DNA of 32,000 bases from Zygophlyctis sp. KS116 (taxonomy: Eukaryota > Fungi > Chytridiomycota): assembly GCA_054661495.1 (NCBI GenBank), contig BAAFSQ010000016.1, positions 47,950 to 79,949 of the forward strand. Direction: 5' to 3'. The notes beneath the pieces were generated by a model. The model saw only the letters and a program-made list of their open reading frames with translations. It was not told the origin of the DNA and ran no database searches. Position 1 is the first letter of the stretch. Each line of letters begins with the position of its first letter. Below, in pieces: positions 22,779 through 32,000 of the stretch. Both the position numbers and the translations under genes were made by a program.

Positions 22779-24521
22779 TTAGAAGTTGGTAAATGATGGC
22801 TTAGAAGAACCTTCATTACTATTCGTCAAAAATTGTGCGTCCAGCTGCGATGTGCTTTGTATCCGTTCATAAAATAGAAGATACACAAACTGAGTTGCGT
22901 AGCCAAAAACTTCTCCTTGAACATCCCAAATTCTTCTGACATGATCATCGGATATTGCGTACCACCTATCTGACCTGGAATTCTTTTTCTTGGAAGATGA
23001 ATATTTTTTTGGAAATCTTCTGTATGTGACAAAATGACCAGAATCATGCGAGCCATAGTGCAAAACTACAGCATTAAGCTTATAAAGGTAAATATGGTCG
23101 GTAAGCGAGTTTTTGGCAATTTTTTCTGGGCCCTCAGAGTCTTGTGCATCTTTACCTGAATTTGATGCAGAATTAGACGATGTAAGATCAAGTTCTACAA
23201 CTTCTTCACCCTTTTTATCTAGACTTTCCTTCCAATTTGACGCTTCTGCCATTTCCATGGGCTTAAAATAGAAACCGTCTGTACATGCACAAAATTCCCT
23301 GATATCTAAATATTCTGGGAAATGCACTCTACAATTATTTTTATACACATTTCCTGTATAGTCAAAAATTGAACGCTGCATATGTATGGTTAATATTACT
23401 GGAGGCCTTGAGATGAGAGTACGTTTTAGAGTGGGCGAGCCGGTTGTAATTTTCTTCAAATGTGAAGGCTTAAAATGAGTAATATTAACAATCTTACTAA
23501 TGGAAGCTCCAAATCTGTATCTAATATATTCTGAACAGTAATCAAATCATTTTCTAAATCTGCCAACTGTTGACGTGAATGAATCAGTTTCTGACTATAA
23601 TCTTTATTAAGAGAGTCATCTATATCAGGTCTAATAGCTTCCTTTAATTTTGGAGTACCATCTAATTTTGGGCTTCCGTTTGAAGTTTTCTAAAATCTTG
23701 AAATTCGATATAGATACCTTTTTCTTCCGCTTTAAATTATTTATATCATTATTTATATTTTTTATGGAATCTTGAATATTTCTAATAGTTTTGATTAGCT
23801 TGCACTTATCACAGCACCAATCTTCTATTATTTCAGTAGCAACAGACTTTGCTAATAATTCTGTCAAGTCTGTAATATTCCTCTTGTCTACAACCAATGA
23901 AAGATTATCAAAGGGCTCGTGGCTAATAGGAGTCTAAGCGTAAATTCCAAATAAAAATATCACCTTGTACCCACAACTCTGACAACAGAGCCGCATTGCC
24001 AAATATCCCTTTATGGGTAATTTCCAAGGTAACTTTGTAAAATTGACTTTTTGTCCAAGAAAAACTCCTTGTTCCCCGTCATTTTTCAGCAAATGAATTA
24101 AATCATCTTGTATAATATGTGTTGATAACTGATCCGTGAGTGCAATTAAAAATTCATGAGCATCCTGCTGCTGATAACCCAACAATCCTTTCCTTCCAGA
24201 CGTCATTGACAATGCATTTAAGACCATTTTTGGGTTAATAATTGGCGACACCGATATTTCATTTAGTCTCTCTGAAAGTTCTAATACTATTAGATCGATT
24301 TCAGCATCAGAATTCCTTAAATATTCTATTAGAGTCGGACATGATGCTAAAGCCTGAAGAACAGAATTAGCAAAACAAGTATTCCCCAGATTTACCAAAC
24401 CGCCGGGCAACAATTCCTTCTTTTTAGGAAATAAAAGGCTAAAAGAGACAGAGAGGACTGCAACTGACATTGGAATAAGTATCCAGATATTGGATAATGT
24501 TGTCTTGATATCAATATTCAT
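22779..24521 (-). CDS. Ubiquitin-specific protease (C19) with N-terminal transmembrane anchor, USP30/Ubp16-like
   Basis: Cys box GLVNLGNTCFANSVLQAL, QQDAHEFL, two CxxC pairs, His box VLHYGSHDSGHFVTYR and WYAISDDHV. Hydrophobic N-terminus followed by KKKE. Three short introns restore a single frame. Confidence 0.88.
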
Positions 24522-24546
24522 TATAGGTCTCAGGGGTTTTTAGAAA

Positions 24547-25368
24547 TTAAAAGTTATCTTTAATAACAGTAGCCAAAAGTTGTGAATTTAGATCATCACA
24601 ATTACCATAATCTAATTCTTGTTCTGAATCTAACGGATTGAATTTTAAATCTAGTGAACTTGATAATTTAATTAAACCTTCATGAATCATTGCAAAAGTT
24701 TCCAATTGAGGTCTAACTCCATTGATTGTAATTGCTAATATTTTATCAGTTCTTTCTGCAGTTAAATCATCCATTAAAGTTTCATTTTCTTTTTGTAATC
24801 TTGAAATTTCATTTGAAATAGCAACTCTACGATTTAATGAAGACTGTAAAGTTTCAAAATTCCTTTGTTTCTTTCTACCTAATTGATAAGAAATATCTTC
24901 TTCTTTTTGAAGCATTCCCATTAATGCATCTAATTTTTTATGATTATTATCTTGAATAGATTTCCCAGAATTTGTCAAATCTTTAAAATCTGAAATAAAA
25001 GGAGTCTCTACTTCCCTTTCTAGAGCATTACCCCAACCTGTAAAAGTATTTGACAATAATTGAATTGAATCAGTTAAAAAATTAAGTTCTGCCAGTTCCG
25101 GAGAAGTTACATCTACAACTTCCTGTAATTCTCTTACAAGTGATTGTGAAGCTGAAGCCAATGCAAGTATTTGTCTTTTAAATGAGACTAGTCCCTGTAT
25201 TAATGCAGAGTATTGACGCATTGAGAGTGAAGTAGGTAAGTTATCTACTTGTGGGGATGAGACTGATGCATTCTTTATCCTATAAGGCTGATCATTATCT
25301 GCTATCTTGGGAACTGATAGTGGTGTCGGAGATGAAATATCAGTCTTTTGAATCTTTCTTTGTACCAT
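24547..25368 (-). CDS. All-helical coiled-coil protein, possibly I-BAR/IMD (Ivy1-like)
   Basis: Intronless 273-aa ORF with long amphipathic helices (LIQGLVSFKRQILALASASQSLVRELQEV; LEREVETPFISDFKDL). Family assignment is by resemblance only. Confidence 0.55.
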   Translation of the reverse strand: MVQRKIQKTDISSPTPLSVPKIADNDQPYRIKNASVSSPQVDNLPTSLSMRQYSALIQGLVSFKRQILALASASQSLVRELQEVVDVTSPELAELNFLTDSIQLLSNTFTGWGNALEREVETPFISDFKDLTNSGKSIQDNNHKKLDALMGMLQKEEDISYQLGRKKQRNFETLQSSLNRRVAISNEISRLQKENETLMDDLTAERTDKILAITINGVRPQLETFAMIHEGLIKLSSSLDLKFNPLDSEQELDYGNCDDLNSQLLATVIKDNF

Positions 25369-25424
25369 TCAGCGATTAAATTTTAACGTCGGCCTTTGAC
25401 CCAGACACTTGGCGGTGCAACAAA

Positions 25425-26450
25425 ATGCTAGAGTCAAGTCAAACTGATAATTTCATTCCTATTGTGGATTTTTCAAAATTTCTAGATGGAACAGACCAGG
25501 CCCAAGTAGCAAATCAAATTGTCGATGCGTTTGTAAATGTCGGATTTGTGTATTTAAGCGGTCATGGAATTCCCAAAAAAGATATTCAAAGAGTTTATAG
25601 TCTATCAATGGATTTTTTTAATCAGCCAATGGAGGATAAACTGACTCTTCAATGGAAATCTCCTGAAGCTAATCGTGGGTATGTAGCACCTGGAAGAGAA
25701 AAAGTTTCTCTTGTCGGACAAGATGTAAACAAACTAAGAGCTTTTCCTGATATCAAGGAATCTTTGGAAATTGGAAAGGAGCCCTGTGAGCAATTTGAAA
25801 ATAATTGGCCTGAAAATAATCCTGACTTTAGACTTGGAATAATGGATTTTTATAATGTATTTGATTTTTTTTAATTTTATAGAAATGTCACGATTTAAAC
25901 TCAAAAGTAATGAATGCTATTGGGATTGGATTGGGTTTAAAATCTGGATTTTTTGATCAATATATTGATGCAAAGGAAAATAATTTGCGTCTTTTACATT
26001 ATCCAAAAGTAGACGCTAAAATTTTGGATAATCCTAATCAAACAAGGATTGGTGCACATACGGATTATGGAACTGTAACTTTATTATTTCAAGATAAAGT
26101 AGGAGGTTTGTTTATTTTATTAAAGTCTAGGACTTGAAGTAAGAAACTCTAATGGGAATTTTGTTCCTGCTACTCCAATTGAAGGGACTATAGTTGTAAA
26201 TGCGGGTGATCTTTTAGCAAGATGGTCAAATGATAAGATAAAATCTACTGAACATCGGGTGGTTTCTCCTCCTTGTATTCCAGATGATGGATATTATCCT
26301 GCAAGATATTCTATTGCGTATTTCTGTAATCCTAATTTTAATGCGACAATCAAGTGTTTGGATGGTACTTTTAACGAGTCTATACCGTGCAAGTATGATC
26401 CTATTAATTCGCATAAATATTTAACAATGCGATTAAAGGCTACTTATTAA
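25425..26450 (+). CDS. 2-oxoglutarate/Fe(II)-dependent dioxygenase (IPNS/DIOX_N-type)
   Basis: IPIVDFS..GFVYLSGHGI, NRGY, LRLLHYP, HTD (HxD), VNAGDLLARWSND..KSTEHRV and RYSIAYF (RxS). Two short introns. Confidence 0.93.
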
Positions 26451-26523
26451 AAATGTATGAATTTAAATAGTTTTTGATAAAAGCCACTAGAGTGAGAATT
26501 TGTGATTTGCGAATTTTTAAGAA

Positions 26524-29500
26524 ATGGAGGATTTACTCTCAAAGTTATTTATCGCTGAAACTTCGCAGGATGTACTGAATCTATCTGAAAATTTGGCAAT
26601 AACTGGGAATGCATCTGGTTTATTGCAGGCGCTTGAAAGATACAAGACTGCTCTAAGAGGAAATGGACTTGAGAGAGAGGCTGGACTTTTGGGATTTGCA
26701 GGATTAACTTTACAGCCCATGACTATCCCTTTTCTTATTCAGGAAATACCTGGAATATTAGATCATTTGGCTGATAAAGGGCCACCGGTTAGAGAAGGTG
26801 CGCAATTGGCACTAGATCGAATTATTCAAAAGACTCCACCGAATGCTTTTAAAAAAGTACTTGAGGGACTTATTGCAGGAGCCGGTGCTAGGAAATGGCA
26901 GTCAAAAGTAGGGGCATTAAAGGCATTAGAAGAAATTTGTGATATTTCTCCAGACTTTATTGCGTTTCATCTACCTGAAATTATTGCAGTGGTTGAAGAG
27001 GTTATGCATGATACAAAGACTCAAGTTGCAGATGCAGCAAAAAAAGCAATGAAGAAATTATGCAGTCTTGCAGGAAATGAAGATATTGAACCTCATATTG
27101 AGATTTTGGTGGATTGTATGGGGCATCCAGAGTCTGTTCCGGATACAATTAAGAAACTTTCGGCTACTACGTTTGTTCAGGATATGAGTGGGCCTGCATT
27201 AGCAGTTATGGTTCCTTTATTGTGTCGGGCTTTAAATGAAAGATCAACAGCTATATTAAGACCCACTGCCCTTATTATTGATAATTTGTGCAAACTTGTC
27301 AAAAATCCAGGTATTATTTAATTATTTTATATCGTAGATGATGCTGGGCAATTTTTGCCGCTCTTACTTCCAGGTCTCGAAAAGATTATAGAAATGGCTG
27401 CTATTCCAGAAGTCAGAGAATTAGCAACAAGAGCAAAAAACACATTACAAAATGTCGGGGGATTTACTTCTCATGGACATGAAGATCAAGAATCTAAATT
27501 ATTAGCATTAGAAACAGAATTTTTGAAACATCTGGTTGATAATTTATCAAAAGACACTTTTGTTAGTGGTTTTATGCAAATGTCTTTGGAATTTATTGCC
27601 GTTATTTTTGCCGGATATGTTAACCAGGAATTATTTGATGATGAAGCAAAATGGGAAGCAACTGTTGCGGATTTTTTGTCTCCCTTCCTGCTTCCTAAAG
27701 CAGTGCTGAAACCGTTATATTATCCACTTTTAGATAAATATCGTTTGGAATTAGAAGTATGCTTTTCATTGAAATTAATTTTAGACTCGAATTGCCGCTG
27801 ACAATCAAATAGATTCGGAGGAAGGGGAAGAACTATCTAATTGTGAATTTTCTTTGGCTTATGGGACAAGATTGTTACTGAATCGTACAAGACTCAGATT
27901 GCTTCGTGGTCAACGGTATGGTCTCTGTGGGCACAATGGAGCTGGAAAGACGACACTAATGCGATCAATCGCTGAGGGTAAGGTCGAAGGTTTTCCTTCT
28001 CCGGACCAGTTAAAAACTATTTTTGTCCAGCATGTACTTCAAGGAGAGGAAGGAAACCTTTCCGTTATTAATTTCATTTTAAATGGTAATATAAATTCCC
28101 TAATGGTGTAGATCAACGGTTATCGCATCTCGGAAAAGAAACGGTCGAAAAAGGATTAGAGCAGGTAGGCTTCGATTCTGCCAGACGTGAGCAAGCAGTT
28201 GGGACATTATCAGGTGGCTGGAAAATGAAGCTAGAGCTTGGTCGTGCAATGTTAATGAAAGCAGATATTTTGTTACTCGACGAACCTACTAATCATCTAG
28301 ATGTGGAAAACGTCAAATGGCTGGAAGATTATTTAAATAGTCAAAGTCAAATTACATCATTAATTGTTTCTCACGATTCTGGCTTTTTGGACAATGTTTG
28401 TACTTACATCATTAATTATGATTCAAAAAAGCTAGTTTTTTATAAAGGAAATTTGTCAAAGTAATTTTAGATCGGTATTTAATGTTCTTAGATTTGTAGA
28501 GAAGAAACCAGAGGCGAAATCATATTATACTTTGGCCGAAACTCAAGTGAAATTCACCTTCCCGCCTCCTTCAATTTTAGTCGGGATTCGAAGTAACACC
28601 AAGGCTATCTTAAAAATTACAAATGCTACATTCACTTATCCTGGAGCAAGCAAGCCTTCTATTTATGATGTGTCAGTTCAATTATCTTTATCTTCTCGTG
28701 TTGCCGTACTTGGCCCAAATGGAGCTGGTAAATCTACTCTGATAAAATTACTCACTGGAGAAACTCAACCACAGCAAGGTACAGTGTGGAAACACCCAAA
28801 TTTGAGAGTCGGATATGTTGCGCAACATGCGTTCCACCATCTTAACCAGCATTTGGAAAAGACACCCAACCAATATCTTCAATGGCGTTATCAAGGCGGG
28901 CAAGATAAAGAACTTTTGGAAAAAGTCACTCGAAAGATGACTGACGAAGATCTCGCACAGATGGAAAAAGCTATCACCGGCAAAAATGGAGAAAAACGAA
29001 AAATTGAAGTATGTTTTTAATTAATTTACGCATAGTGCCTAGTTGGACGATCAAAATTGAAAAAATCTTTTCAATATGAAATAAAATGGGTGGGCAAAGA
29101 TCATCGGTTCAATTCTAATTTGCCTCGAGAAGATTTGATCGAGCTAGGATTCAGCAAGATAGTGCAAGCATTTGACGATTGGGAAGCTTCAAGAGAGGGT
29201 CAAGGATATCGAGACCTTCTCCCATCGGTTATACGCAAGCATTTTGAAGATATTGGGTTAGAAGGTGACATAGCTGATCACAGTCTTATTGCTGGTCTCT
29301 CTGGTGGTCAAAAAGTGAAGGTTGTATTGGCTGCAGCGATGTGGAATAATCCTCATTTACTAGTTTTAGACGAACCTACTAATTATTTGGACAGAGAGGC
29401 TCTAGGTGGCCTTGCCGTGGCAATTAAAAATTGGGCAGGAGCAGTGATTATGATCTCACATAATGCTGAATTCTTTGAAGCACTTTGTCCAGAAAAATGG

Positions 29501-29734
29501 CATGTTAAGGATGGTATACTTACGATTGAGGGAAAAACTGCCGTGCTGGAAGAAGATGAAGCTGATCATCAAGCTTCTGCAGAGAAAATCGAACAACGGG
29601 CAATCAAAAGTAAGAATAAGAAAAAGAAATTGTCTCGTAATGACTTGAAGGCTCAAGAAGTCCGCCGAAGAGCTCGACATTTAAAATGGCTAATCGAAGG
29701 TGGACAAAAGGAACCAGATACTGAAAGTGACTAA
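26524..29734 (+). CDS. NEW1: eEF3-family ABC-F ATPase of the New1/Elf1 subgroup (HEAT repeats + 2 ABC cassettes with chromodomain-like insertion)
   Basis: Walker A GHNGAGKT and GPNGAGKS, signatures LSGGWKMK and LSGGQKVK, DEPTN twice, HEAT N-terminus (KWQSKVGAL). The C-tail KKKLSRNDLKAQEVRRRARHLKWL..EPDTESD and FPPPSILVGIRSNTKA resemble New1/Elf1 rather than eEF3. Five short introns. Confidence 0.85.
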
Positions 29735-29787
29735 ACTCATATCATCTAAACATTTATTATTAGAAGCATGAATATTGATAAGAAAAC

Positions 29788-31329
29788 TTAGCTAAGCCAA
29801 GATTTTTCAGGTGGAGGTGCCCACTATTATGAGATTAAACTTCAATACCTTTGTCGTTATTTTACGTCGCTCCGTAAAGAATTCCATTGCTCCATCTCCA
29901 GTAATATCAAAATCTCCAAACTTTGACTTGTTAATACCTCCAAATGAAAAAGGTTCGCGGGGTACTGGAACTCCAATATTGACCCCCATCATCCCAGCAC
30001 TAAATCTTTCAGTAAACCATTCAGCAACTCCTCCGTTAACAGTGTAAATACACGCCGCATTTCCGTAGGGATTACTATTTTCGATTTGAATAGCTTCTTC
30101 CTTTGACCCGACTACAAGAATAGACAAAACTGGACCAAAAATCTCATCATGCAAGGCAGGATCATTCTTGTTATCGTGTAAGAGAATAGTTGGACCTACC
30201 CAAAATCCGGTCCCTTTATCCCAAGATCTTCCGTCTAATAGAATACGTACATTAGACTGTTCCGCTTGTCCTATATAAGACTTTATCTTTTTGAGAGAAG
30301 CCGCATCTATAACTGGTCCTATTTGCCCATTATCTTGTCCAGAAACCAACTTTGAAGCTTTTGAAACGATTTCTTTAATAAGATCATCTTGTTTTCCAAT
30401 AACTAATAAAACAGAAGCTGCCATGCACCTTTGCCCAGTACAACCAGTAAAAGAAGCTACAACATCATTTGCAGTCATCTCAATATTACAATCTGGAGCG
30501 GCAATCAAATGATTCTTTGCACCTCCCAGAGCCAAAACGCGTTTATTTAGATTTCTGCATCGTTTATGAACCAATTCAGCAACTGTTGAAGTTCCAACAA
30601 AAGTGACAGCCTTCACTAAAGGATGATCACAAAGAGCTTGCACAGCTAAAATTAAATTATAAAATCCTACTTGTAGCTGTTCCATGAACTATATTTACTA
30701 CTCCATCTGGAATTCCAGCCTCTTTAAAAATCCCAAAAACTCTATCCATTGTTAAAGGTACCTTTTCTGATGGTTTAATAACAATGGTATTTCCAGTAAC
30801 AATAGCAATCGCAACTGTCCAGAATGGAACCTATAATAAAAAAACCAGAAAGTATACCATAAAAGGAAAGTTGAATGGAACAATAGACACCACAACACCC
30901 AATGGTTTCCTAACTTCAGCACAAGTAACACCTCTAGAAACCATTAAAGTCCTCCCTGGAGCCACCAATGGCATAGAAAAAGCATACTCAACAGTTTCAT
31001 TTCCCTTATTAATTTCAGCGATTGCCTCTCCAAACGTTTTCCCGTGTTCCTTGACTATTAAAGCAGCCAATTCATTTTTATATTTCTGTACTAGTCCATG
31101 AAATTTAATCAAGTATGCAGCTCTATCTTTGATAGTTTTTTTACTATAATTATTTTATTTTTTAGTACCTCCAACTCTCAAATGCATCACTTGCAACCTT
31201 TACAACATCATTGACAGTCTCTGCCGACCCAATAGGGACATTAGCAATGACCTGACCATTGGCAGGATTTGTCACAGGTACAGTCTCTTCAACTCTCTCA
31301 GTCAATGTAAAGGAATGATTTAAATTCAT
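29788..31329 (-). CDS. CoA-acylating methylmalonate-semialdehyde dehydrogenase (ALDH6-like)
   Basis: VTNPANGQVIA, PFNFPFM, KPSEKVP, TFVGTSTVA, GGAKNH, catalytic GQRCMA, EIFGPVL, PYGNAACIYT, GVNIGVPVP. The last intron 29848-29824 gives the terminal exon WAPPPEKSWLS*. Confidence 0.88.
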
Positions 31330-31374
31330 ATTTTTTTTCAGAGAATCCTTTATTAAAAAAACTCTATAGTGTTA

Positions 31375-31445
31375 GAGATCAGAAATAAGCAACTAGATCA
31401 TTGTCACAACTCCCAGTAGCGATTCTTTTTAAATCTTCATTTCTC
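31375..31445 (-). ncRNA. Candidate intronic box C/D snoRNA with snR50-like antisense element, in an 86-nt intron (31449-31364) just after the RPS24 stop
   Basis: Minus strand reads GTAA-GAGA-A-ATGAAGA (box C)..AGAATCGCTAC-T-GGGA (D')..CTGA (box D)-TCTC-TAAC-ACTATAG. It has a terminal GAGA/TCTC stem and a CTAAC branch point. The 11-nt guide is complementary to the LSU rRNA segment GUAGCG(A/G)UUCU. Confidence 0.75.
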
Positions 31446-31450
31446 TTACC

Positions 31451-31868
31451 TTATTTCTTTGCACTTGATGCCTTGGCCTTTTTAGTTCCTCTAAACTTCT
31501 TTGCACGATTCTTTCTTTCCTTTCTCTGTTTTCTGGCTTGTTTCTCTACTTTGTAAAGTCCAAGTCTAGTTTGTCTATATTTAGGCTCAAACTTTTTAAC
31601 AGCTTCTACAGAGTCATAGATTAGAGCGAATCCAGTAGATTTTCCACCACCGAAAGCAGTTCTGAATCCAAATACAGAGATTGCCTAGAATTATAATTTT
31701 AGAAAATACCTCTGGATCAGCCTTGTATAATTTCCCCAATTTTTCTCTAATTTCAGACTTGGAAACATTTGCTTTTCCTGGATGTAAAACATCAATGATC
31801 ATTTGTTTTCTAGAAAGAAGACGATTAGTTAGAAGCTTTCTAGTACGAAGAGTGACTGCCTCTGACAT
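31451..31868 (-). CDS. RPS24: 40S ribosomal protein S24 (eS24)
   Basis: [37 protein letters not shown]..., 25-nt intron 31709-31685, then [45 protein letters not shown]. Confidence 0.97.
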
Positions 31869-31900
31869 TTTTTTATTTTCTTGTGCCACTTCGCCTGGCC

Positions 31901-31940
31901 TCCTCTTGGTCCCTGGCCGCTGGTCCTCTTGGTCCCTGGC
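31901..31940. repeat. 17-bp perfect direct repeat TCCTCTTGGTCCCTGGC x2 in the GC-rich region upstream of RPS24
   Basis: Copies at 31901-31917 and 31924-31940. Confidence 0.8.
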
Positions 31941-32000
31941 GCTTGTCCCACCATACTTAAAATCTTGCCGTTGGTGGTAGGTTGTCTTGAACTGTCCTAC

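Noticed and set aside
26524-29734. Calling this canonical eEF3 (YEF3)
   Set aside because: The C-terminal tail and linker motifs fit New1/Elf1 better. Absence of a yeast-type N-terminal prion domain is not unusual.

Overview
AT-rich, extremely compact eukaryotic DNA. The gene content is fungal (myosin-motor chitin synthases with DEK_C, a New1/Elf1-type ABC-F), and a chytrid-like early-diverging fungus is my inference. Genes are split by ultra-short GT-AG introns, mostly 25-31 nt, so the ORF track fragments them. Manual splicing gives about 13 loci: a >1650-aa uncharacterised protein with seven copies of a ~70-aa W/Y..FL..(G)IP..F..W domain (runs off the left edge); two head-to-head myosin-motor chitin synthases with a decayed third copy between them; a secreted/GPI-like protein; a small frameshifted ORF; a 7TM GPCR-like protein; a bromodomain-GATA finger-ET protein; NSP1; a membrane-anchored USP30/Ubp16-like protease; an Ivy1/I-BAR-like protein; a 2OG-Fe(II) dioxygenase; NEW1/elf1; methylmalonate-semialdehyde dehydrogenase; and RPS24, whose 3'-UTR intron carries a box C/D snoRNA candidate with an snR50-like guide. 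All family calls come from motif recognition by eye, not database searches.
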